NCBI RefSeq assembly: GCF_009914755.1
Contig: NC_060935.1
DNA length: 64,000 bases
Reading direction: 5' to 3' (one strand)
Source: the human T2T-CHM13v2.0 reference genome, Homo sapiens
The notes beneath the pieces are model-generated. The model did not search any database. It was given only the letters and a program-made list of their open reading frames with translations, and was not told the DNA's origin. The translations under genes were made by a program, and so were the position numbers. This document shows positions 1 through 15,741 of this stretch, in pieces (the first letter of the stretch is position 1; the number at the start of each line of letters is the position of its first letter).

Positions 1-159
1 TTTAAGATATATTTTGTATATAGAGTGGATAGAACTTACTGATGAGTTTCTGTAGGGAATGGAACAGAGGACTCAGGGATGACTCTTGGTTTTTTTTGTT
101 TGTTTGTTTTGTTTAGTTTTTTGGTTTTACCTTTGTAGTATTTCCTCAGACAAGAAGAG

Positions 160-868
160 CATAACCGACAGTGGGTTCACCTTGTCTGCTGCCTAGACAG
201 AGCCCATTTATCAAGACAGGGGAATTTCAATCGAGAAAGAGTAATTCATGCAGAGCTGACTGTGCAGGAGACCGGAGTTTTATTATTACTCAAATCGGTC
301 TCCCCAAGGATCAGAGTTTTTAAGGACAGAGTTTTTAAGGATCAGAATTTTTAAGGACAACTTGGTGGGTGGGGGGAAACCAGTGAGCCAAGTGTGCTGA
401 TTGTTCAGGTCAGAAATCACAGGGAGTCAAAGCTGTCTTCTTGCACTGAGTCAGTTCCTGGGTAGGGACTACAAGATTAGATGAGCCAATTTATTGATCT
501 GGGTGGTGCCAGCTGATCCATCATGTGCAGGGTCTGCAAAATATCTCAAGCAATGATCTTAGGAGCAGTTTAGGGAGGGTCAGAATCTTGTAGTCTCCAG
601 CTGCGTGACTCCTAAACCATAATTTCGAATCTTGTGGCTAATTTGTTAGTCCTACAAAGGCAGTCTAGTCCTCAGGGAAGAAGGAGGTTTGTTTTGGGAA
701 AGGGCTGTTATCATCTCTGTTTTAAACTATAAACTAAGTTTCTCCCAAAGTTAGTTCAGCCTATGCCCAGAAATGAACAAGGACAGCTTAAAGGTTAGTA
801 ACAAGATGGAGTCAGCTAGGTTAGATCTCTTTCACTGTCTCAGTCATAATTTTGCAAAGATGGGTTCA
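160..868 (-). mobile_element. Solo LTR8 (ERV1)
   Basis: Reverse complement starts tgaacccatctttgcaaaattatgactgagacagtgaaagagatctaacc, the LTR8 start; 4-bp TSD AGAG. Confidence 0.85.
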
Positions 869-1112
869 AGAGGAGGAGTAGCAGGTCTGTTTGTTTGTTT
901 GTTTGTTTGGCTAGTTCCTTGGTGGAGGAAAATAAATCAAGTGTTCTTTTTGTTTGTTTGTTTTTTAAGCCTGAGATACCTATTTTAGTTTAGACAACCT
1001 TTCAAGAAGGAAGGATTAGTTAGTTGGGTCAAATGTTATGAGACGTCAAGTAGGATGGAGACCAAGAAGTGACCACCACTTTGTCAATATTTGAAAAGAT
1101 CAGTCTCTGGTA

Positions 1113-2070
1113 TAAACAGACAGCCACAGAATGAGAGAAAATTTTTGCAAACTATGCATCTGGCAAAGATCTAATATCCAGCATCTATAAGGAACTTAAA
1201 TTTACAAGAAAAAAATAACCTCATTAAAAAGTGGGCAAAAGACATGAACAGACACTTTTCAAAAGAAGACATACATGTGGCCAACAAGCATATGGAAAAA
1301 AGCTCAACATCACTGATCATTAGAGAAATGCAAATTGAAACAACAATGAGATACCATCTCACACCAGTCAGAATGGCTATTATTAAAAAGTCAAAAAATA
1401 ACAGATGCTGGAGAGGTTGCAGAGAAAAAGGAACACCTATATGCTGTTGGTGGGAATGTAAATTAGTTCAACCATTGTGGAAGACAGTGTGGTAATTCCT
1501 CAAAGACCTAAAAACAGAAATACCATTTGACCCAGCAATCCCATTACTGGTATATATCCAAAGGAATATAAGTACATGCATGTGTACATAAAAATACATG
1601 CATGTTTATGTTCATTGCAGCACTATTCACAATAGCAAAGACATAGAATCAACCTAAATGCCCACCAATGATAGACTGGATAAAGAAAATGTGGTACATA
1701 TACACTGTGGAATACTATGTAGCCATAAAAAAGAATGAGATCGTGTCCTTTGCAGGAATATGGATGAAGCTGGAGGCTGTTATCCTTGGCAAACTAACGG
1801 GAACAGAAAACCAAATACTGCATGTTCTCACTTATAAGTGGGAGCTAAATGATGAGAACTCATAAACATATAGAAGGGAACAACAGACTTTAGGCCTACT
1901 TGAGGGTGGAGAGTGGGAGGAGGGAGAGGATCAGGAAGAATAACTATTGGGTACTAGGCTTAATACCTGGGTGATGAAATAATTTGTACAACAAACCCCT
2001 TTGATGGAAGTTTACCTATGTAACAAACCTGCACATATACCCCTGAACTTAAAAGTTAAATTAAAAAAAA
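1113..2070 (+). mobile_element. 5'-truncated L1 (older L1PA, about L1PA13-16), ORF2 C-terminus plus 3'UTR, inserted in an L2 fragment
   Basis: ORF2 C-terminal peptides ([10 protein letters not shown]..., DWIKKMWYIY...), L1 3'UTR and A-tail. Confidence 0.9.
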
Positions 2071-3011
2071 GGAACAGTTTCTGGTAAGTGATGGGGGCAG
2101 AAACTTGATTGGAGTGGGCTGAGAAGAGATTGTGAGATGATGGGGTGGAGACGGTGTTCATATATAACTCTATCAAGAAGTTTTCCTGTGGTGGGTTTGA
2201 GTAGTTCATAATAGTTGAAGGAGATTGCAAGGTTTAAGGAAGTTCTCCTTTTTAAAATAAGATAGAACATAATCCCCTGGCCTCCACCAAATACCACTAG
2301 GGCTCCATGGTCACTGTGACATCAAAATGCATCATCATTCATTTCCAAATTTTCCTTGGAGAGGGAAATTGTGTTCCCCTCCACTTCCTCAACTACAACA
2401 TGTTTGTGTAACAATGCAAATAATCTAGTAGAGAGAGAGAATGTGGAGAGAAATGGGACAATTGCAGGAGTGAAGACTGAGAATGCCAGAGGGGATGGAA
2501 TTTAGATGGGACAGGGATATTTTTTCTATTGTGAAAGAAAGAAAGCAAAGCAAATATGTACTGAATGAGAAAAGAAGGTTGGTATTTTGTTGAGAAGATG
2601 AGGGAGGTCTGTTAATTGCTCTTTTTCAAAAAAATGAGTCAGGAGGGTAGATTATCTGCTGGGTATAGGGGCAAGTATTGGGGCAATGAATTTGAAGAAG
2701 GAGAAGAAGATGGGACCTACTCATTTTGAATGTGAATGCTAGGAAAGTGGTCTTGGATTGAAAGAAGCTTGAGCATCCATTTAAGATTTGATTGTGGTCT
2801 GTTGCCATCATTCAACCTAGCTCCATGAGTTCAGAAACCAGGTATCTTTCTCTTGTTGTACAATAGCATACCTATACCACCTGACATGGTATCTAGTGCC
2901 TTGTAGGTACTTGATAAATATTTATTCTATAATTTATTAATGCTTGGCTTCCTGTTGAAATTGCTTTCCTAGAAGACACCTATTCACCAACTTTACCAGG
3001 GTTCCATAGAC

Positions 3012-3220
3012 TGTTAATGCTGGTCAGTTGTGCCTGAATTCCAAAGGGAAGAGGGGATAATGAGACATATCTTGTTCTCCCTACCCATCATGGCCTGACC
3101 TAGTTTTTCAGGATAACTTTGGAATGCCCTTGGTTGGGCATTCTACCAAGGAAGCAGGCAGGTTTGAGGGTAGTCCATTCAGTTTGGTGGGGAGCTTAGA
3201 ATTTTATTTTTGGTTTATGA
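3012..3220 (-). mobile_element. MER4-group LTR fragment
   Basis: cttagaattttatttttggttta terminus and tcatggcctga/actttggaatgccc motifs. Confidence 0.6.
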
Positions 3221-3341
3221 AACCCACATATTTTCTGAAGAATTCCAGCTGTATTATATATAATATATATGTATTGTAGAAAAAATAAGAAAAAACAGAT
3301 AGAGCATCTTAATACGGAAAGTATCTTTCCCAGACACCATC

Positions 3342-3710
3342 TGGTAGATTAATTGCAGTCATTCACTTCCTCCTTCTTAGCAAGTGAATTATATTTCCTC
3401 TTTCCATTGACTCAGGGCTTGGCCATATGGCTTGCTTTGGCCAATGAAATGTTAGCAATATGACATATGCTATATCTGAGCAGAAGCTGTAGACATGATT
3501 GCCTGATTTGGCTTGGCCATTGATGTTTCTGTTCTCTGCCACGAGCTGAGCATGTTTTGGACCTTTCTGCCTGGGTCCTGGCATAAGAAGAAAGGTGGAG
3601 AGGACTCTGTCTAGCCCTAGCCCATAGTCTTATCCTCCATGTGGTGAGAAATACACATCTGTGCTTCTAAGCCACTGAAATTGTGCGGTTGTTTTTTGTT
3701 ACTGAAGCAA
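3342..3710 (+). mobile_element. MLT1 (MaLR) LTR
   Basis: cttggccatatggcttgctttggccaatgaaatg and taagccactgaaatt...ttgttact motifs. Confidence 0.65.
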
Positions 3711-6506
3711 GGGTGAATACATGTTCCTGCCTCCAAGAATTGACTGTCAAGCTCAATGCTTTCAGTCAACAACAGGGATGTCATACAAGGTGCCAGACCC
3801 TCCTCTTGTACCCATTGATCAGGGCATTCTTCCCTCTTGAACCCAAATATGACCTCAGAATCCTTTTGAATACAGGGCCCCAAGGAGCTACCGCCAATCA
3901 AGTGGATGTGGCTGGTGAGATGAAACCTGTCTGGCCTGATTCCACTACACTATTCTGTCTTCTAAGATTGATAACTTTTGCTTAGATGGGTCCTCCAAAG
4001 GAGGAATGTCCTTGGACATGCCAATCAGAACTGCCTGGCTCAGAAAACTCATTTATTATTTTATTATTTATAATATTTTATAACATTTTTAATGCTTACC
4101 ATATTATTAGTGTCTTGGAATCAATAATAACTGTAATACTAATAGTGCTCAAATTCATGAAGATGTGACTTGCTCAAGGTCACACACTCTAGTCTGTTTG
4201 TGTCTTATGACCACAGTCTCTACATTATCCTTATGGGTCCCAGGTGTGGCTAAAGGATTCCACTGGCTACAGCCTTTGAATTTCTTTTTTCTCTGGGCCC
4301 CAAACTTCCTTATTTCCTAGATTCCAGAGGACTGAAGCATATGGATCCTTTAGATCCCTCTTCCACAAAGAGCTGAAATCCAAGTGTCTTTACAGGTGAA
4401 GAGAACTGCAAAGGAATTGTATTAGAAAGGAGTTATTAGTGGAGCCAGGAGAGGCACATGACTGGCTCAGGAGGCTTCTCCTTCTGGCAAAAGCATATTC
4501 CTGAATTTAACCAAAGCGGCATCAGAGGCTTTACTGAGAAAACTGATGAGGAAAGCCAGGTATCCTTAGCATGTTATTGAATGTCAACATGTCCATTAAA
4601 AAGGTACAGTGCAGGCTCTGTCAAAACATGGGGTTGGTGGACAAGGTAACTAAGATCCTCACTACTTCTGGGTAACGGAAAGAAATGCTGAGATTCACTT
4701 GGGTTGTGGTCCATAGTTTTACCTGCAAGGTGACTCATCCATGGGACAGTCAATCATTATAATCAGGGTTAATCATTTATAAAAAGAATTTTCTGCTGAG
4801 ACAGAGCAGCTTCATGGGATATCAGGCCAGATGTTCTTCTAAGCATTTACAGCTCTGTGATGAGGTTGCTATTGCCCCATTTTATGTTTATTTTTCAACT
4901 GATGTCATGTTTTTCAAAGTGGTTATGATTTCAGCCTTGTCATTCCTGCCACTAGGCAGCTTCCAAATTGTTCATTCTTGGCAATGTTTAATGCCATGTC
5001 CCCTGTCTTGCTGTCAGGGGCAGCTCATCTGAGCTGCCAAGAGGGCCTGCTTTATTGCTCAGCCAGCCAAGGCCTAAGCTGCTTTATGACATTTCAAAGT
5101 GAATTGATGATAGAAATTTCAATTTGTTTCAGAAGAGAGTTATCAACAGACCTAGAGCTCAGAAAATGAGTGACCAGGTCTTTAAAAGGCGTTGATTTGA
5201 GTGTACATAGATGAAAGACACCCTGAATGCTGTTTCAGCATGTGTTTAGTCTCTGAAATTTATCCTTATTTATATGTAGTTACTGCTTCTGAAGAATGCT
5301 TGGGTAGCCTAATACTGCTGATTAGAATTCTTTCTTGTCTACTTTGATAAATGTGGTGATCATAGGTTGTTTTTGTCTGTCCCTTTGGGGGACTACCATA
5401 CTTCCACTCTCAGTACCTGTGGTTTTGATGGAGCTAATTTCAGACCTTTGTCCCAGGGGTAGGCCTGCCCAGTGAGACACATGGATTTGTCTTAGGGATG
5501 GACATGTTAGCTGTATCGGTCAGGATCTTGGAAACAGATGACACTTTCAAAATCGGTTATCAAATAACCCTTCCATGGAGGTGTAGGTGGAGTGTGGGAA
5601 AACCGTAAAGGATAGTGCAGTTTCTGGGGCTGCTCACAGTAGGGCATAGTACTGCTTTTAGGTTGCAGAGGCAAAACTGGGAAGCCATTACTGGAACTCA
5701 AAGAGAGAAGATGTATGGAGAAGCTGCAGGCAGGACCTGTGACTATTGGCTGAGAGATATAGCCAGCTCATGTGGACCCTTGCAAGGGGTGCTGGGGGAA
5801 ATTAACATCCTGACTTCATTCTTATCTCTTCCTCCAGCCTCCCACTGGTCTCACTATTGACAATACCCAAGGCAAGGCACAGAGGAAAGGAGCCATTGAT
5901 ATATCCAATCTCTCACCTACCGAGCTGGAAGAAGAGTAGAGAGTGGCCAACCTCCCAGCTACCAAGCTCAAAGAAGAGGAGAGAGTAGATTTGGAGGTCA
6001 AGCTGAGGATATCTGGCAAATGAGCCAATTTAGGCCAATTGAGAGTTAGTTCTGGGACTTTTAATGGAACAATCGGGCAATAAGTTCTTCTTTCTGCTGA
6101 AATTTCTGTGAAATAGGCCTGGTGGCCATCTCATCACCACGCTGAAAAGAGGGCCAAAAGATGGGGACAAATTCCTGTTGATATCATTTAAGCACTTGAA
6201 CCCAGTTACACTTGAGGACTACCCCTAGAATTTTCAACTAGGGGCCAATAAATCCTACCTCTGCATTAGCTAGTCAGGTTTCTCTCACTTGCATCTGAAA
6301 GAGGCCTGACAAACAGTCTACACAGTTCTACACATTGCAAAACTCAGTTCATGGAGCCATTGAAATGATCTCCTGCCACATGCAGCAGTGGCTCTAACAT
6401 ACTCATTCCAGTAAATCTGAGTTTTCTTGGTGCCAGTCCCTGTGCTTTCGTAACCCTCTCCAGCTGTAGCCTCAGTTCCACCCTGTTCCTTTGTAGTCTT
6501 AACTAA

Positions 6507-6901
<395 letters not shown>

Positions 6902-7228
6902 GAGAGACAATAATTTCAAACATGCAGGGAAATAATGAAGGTCCCCTTTAGTAGAAAAAAAAAAGGCTGGAATTAATATAGACTGAGGTTTGGTGGTTTA
7001 ATTGAAATATTGAAATATGTGCAAAGCTGGTAGATGTTGGGCCAAATCAAATAATTCCATGAGAGAATTATTTTAACATAAGGATAGGCCTAGTCCGTGG
7101 ACTCAGGTTGAGTAATAACTTTTCTGAAAGATACTTAGCATCAAAGGACATTTGGTAAGTCCTTGGTTAGCATCTTTGATAGGTGACAGGTCTTTTATTT
7201 ACAGAGAGCCCTCTTCTTGGAGTGAGTG

Positions 7229-7258
7229 AGTGTGTGTGTGTGTGTGTGTCTGTGTGTG
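7229..7258. repeat. (GT)n microsatellite
   Basis: Direct reading. Confidence 0.9.
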
Positions 7259-8217
7259 ATTGTATGTATGTGTATGTATAAAACAAAGTCATCTTTAAAT
7301 TATGCTTTTCACCAGCAGGAAATAAAAGGAAAGAGTTTGTAGGCTGAGGGCCAGGAATGTCCCATCCCCTTCAGGGTAGTCCTGCAGATGGACCTTCCCC
7401 CTAGGCTCATGTGTCTTACCTTCCCTCCTTTCATACAGGGCAAAGAGTGAAAATCCCTATCTGCGTGCACATGGGGCTGAGAGTGGGGAAGGGCTGAAGC
7501 ACAGCATGGCAGAGCAGAAAGAGCACACCCTTGAACCAGACTAGGTTTCCAGCCTCTTCTATTCATGATCTGTGAGGCCTTCGCTTAATCTCCCCAGGTT
7601 CCTGTTTCCTCCTTTGTAAAATGGGGATACTAATATCTTCCTTAGGGCACTATTGTGAGGATTAAATGAGATCGAGTGAACAAAGCTTCTGAAGTCCTGC
7701 TGGGTGAACGTCTTCATAAGCGGCCAAGACAATAACAATGATGACAAATCTGGGCAGGTCAGATCAGCAGCACATCCAAGGTTCACTTCGAAGCCTGTAG
7801 GACGATGCCTGGCGCTCAATAGCAAATGTTAGTTCCCGTCTCCTTCTTCCTGCTTTCCCCGGGAGTGTTTAGTCCCTCAAATAGAATCCTCTGCTGACTG
7901 CATCTCAGGGATGCATGACATAATGGGAACAATGAGAGCTTCGGAAAGCCATAGTTTGCTTTTTTGGCCCAATAACCCCATCTCTGAGAATTAGCCTAAG
8001 AAATCACCTGAAAGAAAAAAAATGTCATTTCTGCTAAGAGTTTACTACAGAATCATTTGTAATAGCAAAAAAACCCTACCATTATTCGATAATGATGTCA
8101 GTTCAATTATAGTAATTCAACTAAATGAGTTACTCTACAGTCATTGAAGTGATACTTTCAAAGGCTATACAGCAACATGGAAACTGTTTATGATTTAATG
8201 TTAAGTCAAAAGATACA

Positions 8218-8513
8218 GGGCAGGGTATGGTGGCTCACTCCTGTAATTCCAGGACTTTGAAAGACCAAGATGAGAGGATTGCCTGAGGCCAGGAATTTGA
8301 GCCTAGCCTGGGCAACATAGCAAGACCCCATCTCTACAAAAAAATTTAAAAATTAGCTGAGCGTGATGGTGCATGCCTGTAGTCCTAGCTATTCAGGAGG
8401 CTGGGTGACAGGATCACTTGACAGGAGTTTGAGGCTGCAGTGAGCAATGACCTTTGAGAGGGCCACTGCACTCCAGCTTGGGTGACACAGTGAGAACCTG
8501 TTTCTAAAAAAAA
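8218..8513 (+). mobile_element. Alu (AluJ)
   Basis: Diverged dimer with A-tail. Confidence 0.9.
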
Positions 8514-9212
8514 GAGATACATACAGAATTGTGCCTGTACTATGTCATACTATGATACAGGCCTGTATCCATAGGAGGGGCACTACTGGGAGTTTCTGTC
8601 CCCTGGGTGGTTTATTTTTGTCATCTTTACACACTGGGTTTGCGTGTTCAGAGAGGGAAATTCTCTAACCTTTTACAACTTAGTTTATTTTTTGACCAGA
8701 TATGAATATTTATTATGCATAAACCTTACAAGGCCAGGAGAGAGAGCACAAGAAAAAAAAGTAAAAACAGTTTGATTCTTTAAAGTAGCAAATATTGTGA
8801 TGAATTTCAACAATGCATTTCAACTCCTGTTGATGGAACTTATGCAATAAATATTAATGATAATTTAAATTGGAATTATAAAATGATCCTTCTGTCTCTA
8901 TTTCACTTTGCTTAGGAAAAACGAATTATTGGATGTAAGGTATTTAGAGTAAGGCCTCACATACAGTGAAAAATCAATAAATGAGAGCTTGTGCATCACG
9001 GCACTTATTACATGGAGGCACCATTTTTACACTAATTAATGCGTATATGGCTCACAGCAATGCAGTGGGGTGGGGACCATTAGTTTTCCAACCTCAGAGA
9101 TGAGGAAACACTATAGAGAAGTTCCATCACATGTCTAGGGTCACATCACTAGCAAGAGGCAGAGCTGGAATTCCCCTGTGGACCAGGCACCAGAGTCTTG
9201 GTCCTCACCATT

Positions 9213-10001
9213 TCACCATGGGGCATTCTCATTAAGCAAAGCTACTATCTTTAGGGCTTCTGGGAAAGAAAACCAAGTGAGTCCCTGAGCTTTTAGGGGA
9301 AGATGGTTTTTGAGTGCCTTGGCCCCCAGGGAAGGGAGTGATGAGGGCTGGAGAGGAGGAGGAGGGGAGCAGGCCCTTGTTTCTGCTCCTTCTGGAGTGG
9401 AGGGAATGGAGACATCAGGCATGGGGAGCCTTGGGAGGACTTATTTGTTTGCTGGTGCAGGGGCTAGGGGTAGAACATCCTCGACAGACATGTTGCTAAA
9501 GTCACACATGGAGTCAGGCGGACAAGGAAGAGAATGTGAGCCATGTGGGACCAGAGGGCTGCCTCTGCTCTTCAGCTGCTCTGAGCTCTGAGGTTTTAGA
9601 ACTGAATGCTTGTCTGCGCTATTTGGAGCAGCATCCTCTTCCCTACACACAACTGAGAGTCCTCAAGTGCCTTGACTTGTGCTGTCTCCAGGGACAGAAA
9701 GATTCCCAGGTAGCTGTGAGACTCCCCACAGGCTCTGAGCCCCATCAGGGCTCCATTTGAGGCAGTGTTGCCTCCCTCCCTTCAGAAGCCTGAGAGCCTC
9801 CTCCACTCTGACCTCAATGAGATAGGGAGGGGGGTGGGTTGGTGTAACTGGGGCAAGACCAGCATGAAATCAGAAACTGAGTTCGGGACAGAGCTGTCCC
9901 AGGTGAGTGAGGGACTCCGAGGATCAGGACCTAAGTTGAGGCCAATGCCCGGGTGCATGACCAGGGAAGTCCAGGTGCTGGAATTGAAAGACAACGCAAG
10001 G
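9213..10001 (-). pseudogene. Relic terminal coding exon (P/S-rich)
   Basis: ggcttctcaccttcag|CCTTG; ORF pieces 9782-9994, 9441-9650 and 9213-9422 (last two in frame across one TAA), ending ...LTWFSFPEALKIVALLNENAPW*. Confidence 0.6.
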
Positions 10002-10120
10002 CTGAAGGTGAGAAGCCAGGCAGGGACCCCAGGAACAAATCCCTCACCCTCCGCCTCTTCTGGGAGTGATCTCAGGGGAGGGGGTCTTCAGGGTCTGGGC
10101 CTGAATCATGGGGTACTCAC

Positions 10121-10186
10121 CTGAGACCAGGGGTGACGCTGGCATGGCAGAAGCAAGTTGAGTCAGAAACATGTGACAGCTGTGGT
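10121..10186 (-). pseudogene. Relic exon, 66 nt
   Basis: ggcttccctttttag|ACCAC...TCTCAG|gtgagta; open in phase 2 (PQLSHVSDSTCFCHASVTPGL). Confidence 0.7.
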
Positions 10187-10347
10187 CTAAAAAGGGAAGC
10201 CTAAAGGGTCACCAAAGTGAAGGGACCAAAGGGGCTATGGCAGCTGGGAACCGGAGCCAGAAATCTGAGAACCAGGGAGGTGAGTGCAAAAATAGTAGGT
10301 CCAGGGTGAACAGGGTTGGTTTAGAACATGTGTTGCCTGTGGCTCAC

Positions 10348-10515
10348 TCTGGTGGGCCAGCTGGGCGTGGTGGGAGTGTGGATCTGCTAAATTTAAAGGG
10401 CCAGAACAGACACCACTGTGCAGGAGACTGTGCATGTGTTTTAGCCTGGGAACCTCTTATGATAGCTCAGGCTGAGTCCAAGAAGGTCTAAGCATGGTTT
10501 GCCCTGAACCTGGAG
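10348..10515 (-). pseudogene. Relic exon, 168 nt
   Basis: tctgctttcccag|CTCCAG...CCAGA|gtgagcc. Confidence 0.6.
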
Positions 10516-10639
10516 CTGGGAAAGCAGACCAAGTCTAAATGGGAGGGGCAGGCAGTGTTGGAGATAAGGACAAGCCGTGATGGGTGCTTGGGTGGAGGGA
10601 CAAGTCTGGGCGCTGGGCCCTGGGCACCGTGGGGCTTAC

Positions 10640-10671
10640 ATGCTCAGGCCTGCAGGAGTGAGTGAATAGTG
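10640..10671 (-). pseudogene. Relic exon, 32 nt, phase 0-2
   Basis: cctctgtctcccccag|CACTAT...AGCAT|gtaagc; HYSLTPAGLS; 55+32=87 nt restores phase 2. Confidence 0.6.
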
Positions 10672-10830
10672 CTGGGGGAGACAGAGGCAGATGAGTCACA
10701 ATCCCAGATGTGAGCAGATGCTCTGGGCAGATTTGGGCTGCTTGTCAGCAAATTTGACCACAGCCTGGATGGGCTGTCAGGCTCAGGCCACCGGCCCCAC
10801 TCCCAGCACAGAGAAAGCCTAAGAACGCAC

Positions 10831-10885
10831 TCCTCTGTGAGCGATCACTCTTTGAAATGTTTCATAGCCCTATATGGAACCACAT
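10831..10885 (-). pseudogene. Relic exon, 55 nt, phase 2-0
   Basis: tttactctcccag|ATGTGG...GAGGA|gtgcgt; CGSI*GYETFQRVIAHRG. Confidence 0.55.
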
Positions 10886-10979
10886 CTGGGAGAGTAAATG
10901 TATTTTCTGAGCCAGGCTTTACAAGTTGATTTTATGACGCATCTAGGCAGAAGGTGAAACGCCCCAGTCATTAACTCAC

Positions 10980-11168
10980 TTCCCCTTGTGGGTGAATTCC
11001 ACAATACGTTTTTCATCTGAGCTGTGGAACAAGTTTCTCTAGCACACACAGACCTGTCTGTCAGTGGGCATTTGGCTGCTCAGATAAATCCTTCGCTCTT
11101 CAGAGGCTGTCCCTGGTTCACCCCTCAGGCCACGTGCTCTCTCTTGCAGGCAACTTTGCTGGCTCTTC
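10980..11168 (-). pseudogene. Relic exon, 189 nt, phase 2-2
   Basis: gttttggcctgttccag|GAAGAG...GGGAA|gtgagtt; KSQQSCLQERARGLRGEPGTASEERRIYLSSQMPTDRQVCVC*RNLFHSSDEKRIVEFTHKG. Confidence 0.7.
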
Positions 11169-11283
11169 CTGGAACAGGCCAAAACACAGGGATGAAGTTC
11201 TGTGGATAAGGCTGCCTGTGTCAGAGGGGCCTTGAGCACACATTCGGATTCTTAACCACCAGCTTACCAGATAGCTTGCTGTG

Positions 11284-11286
<3 letters not shown>

Positions 11287-11326
<40 letters not shown>
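11287..11326. repeat. (GT)n microsatellite
   Basis: About 20 perfect units. Confidence 0.95.
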
Positions 11327-11328
<2 letters not shown>

Positions 11329-11498
11329 TTTAAAATTCTAGCTTAATGGCCACATGTTTTAGGCCACTTCTGTCCTCCTAAAATAGGGCTCTGAGCACGT
11401 CTCCAAAGGAGGGCCCCTGAAGCACAAGCAGTGGGCCGGCTGCCAGGGCTGGCAGAATGAGACACAGTACTTGAAATAAATGCAGGGTGTTTGCTTAC

Positions 11499-11576
11499 AG
11501 ATTCTTTACCACATCATGGATGAGTCAGATGACTTCTCACCCCAGATTCTGTTTTTACCCTTTTTCCTACTCAGAG
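11499..11576 (-). pseudogene. Relic exon, 78 nt
   Basis: tcctcccacccctag|CTCTG...GAATCT|gtaagca; phase 2 reads SE*EKG*KQNLG*EVI*LIHDVVKN, all four stops revertible by T>C. Confidence 0.6.
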
Positions 11577-12369
11577 CTAGGGGTGGGAGGATTGTGTAAA
11601 GTTTAAAATATATCCCCAAATTATATACTTCTGTCTTTTGAGTTTTAACATACAATAGGGATCCTTTCATTCTTCGACGCGGTCGAGAATTATGTTTAAC
11701 TTTTCCAGTTTCATTCTGTTTTAATTCATACCTGGTTGTGGAAAGAGCAGTGGGTTGGAAGTTGAGAGACCTAGGATCAAGTCTCTGCTAGTTAGTAGCT
11801 CTGGGATTTGGGGCAAGTCAGTCCACCTGTCTGAGCTGCAGTTTCCTTACTGACAACATGGACTGTCAGTTCCCCGTGGAGGCTATGAGCTTGCACTGGG
11901 AAGGAACAGCTTTCCCCATTCAGTGGCCCTGGTTTTCTGAGCCCCTGCCCTTCACTTGGGGTTGCTTGTCATGACAGCAAGTTAGATCACTCTTGGAAGT
12001 GTTTTGAAAACTAACATGCTACATTCTTGTGAGGGATAATTATTACTATGTGCCATGCCAAAAACAAAACAAAAAAAATCCTTTTCTTTTCTTCAGCCTT
12101 CTTCACACTCAACTTAGCCTCATCTGTGGCTAGAGCTTCTTCAGTATTCCAGGCAAATCCCTTCTCTCTGGCTTTCTGAGGCTGACCTAACCCCCAACTC
12201 CACTCATAACACCTCTGCGTCTGCTTCTGCTACTTCTTTTTTTTTTTTTCAGGGTCGTCCGTATGTTCTTTTATTATTTATTTATTCATTTCATAGTAGT
12301 AACATATAAGAATATAAAACTTAGCATTAAAACATTACAAATTTTTTTATTTCAAAATACTTTTAAAAA

Positions 12370-13670
<1,301 letters not shown>

Positions 13671-13862
13671 TGCTTCTTTTCAGAGAAAGTCTTCAGAAAC
13701 TTTCCAACAGTAGATAGAAAAAATGATATTGTATCTCAGAAACTACTATAAAGGGGGAAGCTGAGTGGATACATACACTTCTTTGTTTTAGATGCTGCTT
13801 ATAGCTGTAAAGTAACTTCCTTAAATAAAAAATAAAATGTATTGTGTATCTGTATCTGGGGA

Positions 13863-13905
13863 ATCAGACGAGATCGGGCGTGTTCAGGGTGGTATGACTG
13901 TAGAG
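13863..13905 (-). pseudogene. 5S rRNA pseudogene fragment (5' ~43 nt)
   Basis: Reverse complement ctctacagtcataccaccctgaacacgcccgatctcgtctgat matches the 5' end of human 5S rRNA (gtctacggccataccaccctgaacgcgcccgatctcgtctgat) with 4 mismatches. Confidence 0.92.
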
Positions 13906-14097
13906 GTCTCGGCCGGGCAGGAGCTGAGTGAGACTTTATCTGATATGCAGATTTGGGCAACACCCTTCCTCCCATGCATTTAGCTGGTCCAGCAGGACCA
14001 ATGCCCATCCATGCTTCAAAATTTTCTTAGCCATATATCTGATGATTTACTTAAGACCAAAGAAGTCCTGAGCAAGAACGCTTAAGAAGCTGACAGT

Positions 14098-14544
<447 letters not shown>

Positions 14545-14954
14545 TCAAGACCCCCGAGCACCCTGGAAGCAAGGGCCGGGTGTAAAAATTCGAACACCTG
14601 TTTAAGTAAACTCTGTGATGGTTTGGGGCCCAAAGGAAAGGAAGGGGAAGAGGGAAGGGAAATTATAGCAGGACTCCTGCTATGGCTTATGAAAAGTCAA
14701 ACATTCTTCTCTTCCCGTTGGCAGTGACTGGGGAGCTGAGTAACTCCGTCATGAACATCAGTGGTTCAGTCATTGGTGTTGCGAAGAGGGTCTCCATCCA
14801 GCTCAGCAGAGGCAGTGCAGTGACAGTGGTGGGCTTCTACATCACAGTGATGGTGTATAGCAGCAGGACCCCCAGATCTCAGGCTAGCAGAAGGTTCGTT
14901 AGCAACTCTGGTTTGTACGGATAGAGGCCAGCAGCATCGGGGGGCCTGAGCTGA

Positions 14955-15377
<423 letters not shown>

Positions 15378-15582
15378 TGATAATGTGAACACAAGCCTAA
15401 TTGTACCTATTGGCTGGTGAAGGGCAGCAACCTTTGGGTTAGGTATGTTTTGATTTGATAATAACAAAATTATTATGCAGTTTATTCTCACAATGATCAA
15501 TTCATTAATCTCATTTAATTTATAATGTTTGCTCCAAGCAGAGCTACTAATTGCCAATATGTAGGAACGATAGACCTCTTAC

Positions 15583-15672
15583 TTTTGGCTAGATGATGAC
15601 ACTCATGAGGGACTTTGAGAATAGATGAAACCGTCATTATTACAGTCTGTTTTTTTGGACTTGGTCACATTT
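15583..15672 (-). pseudogene. Relic exon, 90 nt, phase 2-2, acceptor damaged
   Basis: Long polypyrimidine tract ending ttttattttctga|; donor AAA|gtaagag; NVTKSKKTDCNNDGFIYSQSPS*VSSSSQ. Confidence 0.55.
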
Positions 15673-15741
15673 TCAGAAAATAAAAAGACATTGAGAAAAG
15701 AGGAGGCAAGGGAGCCTTGAAATTGATGAAATATGACTTAT

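Noticed and set aside
10640-11090. Resemblance of the spliced peptide (IYL...KGK...ETFQ...HRG.YSLT) to ERICH3 DUF4590, or in another frame to a nitroreductase N-terminus
   Set aside because: Based on remembered motifs only, frame-dependent and mutually exclusive; not supportable without a profile search.
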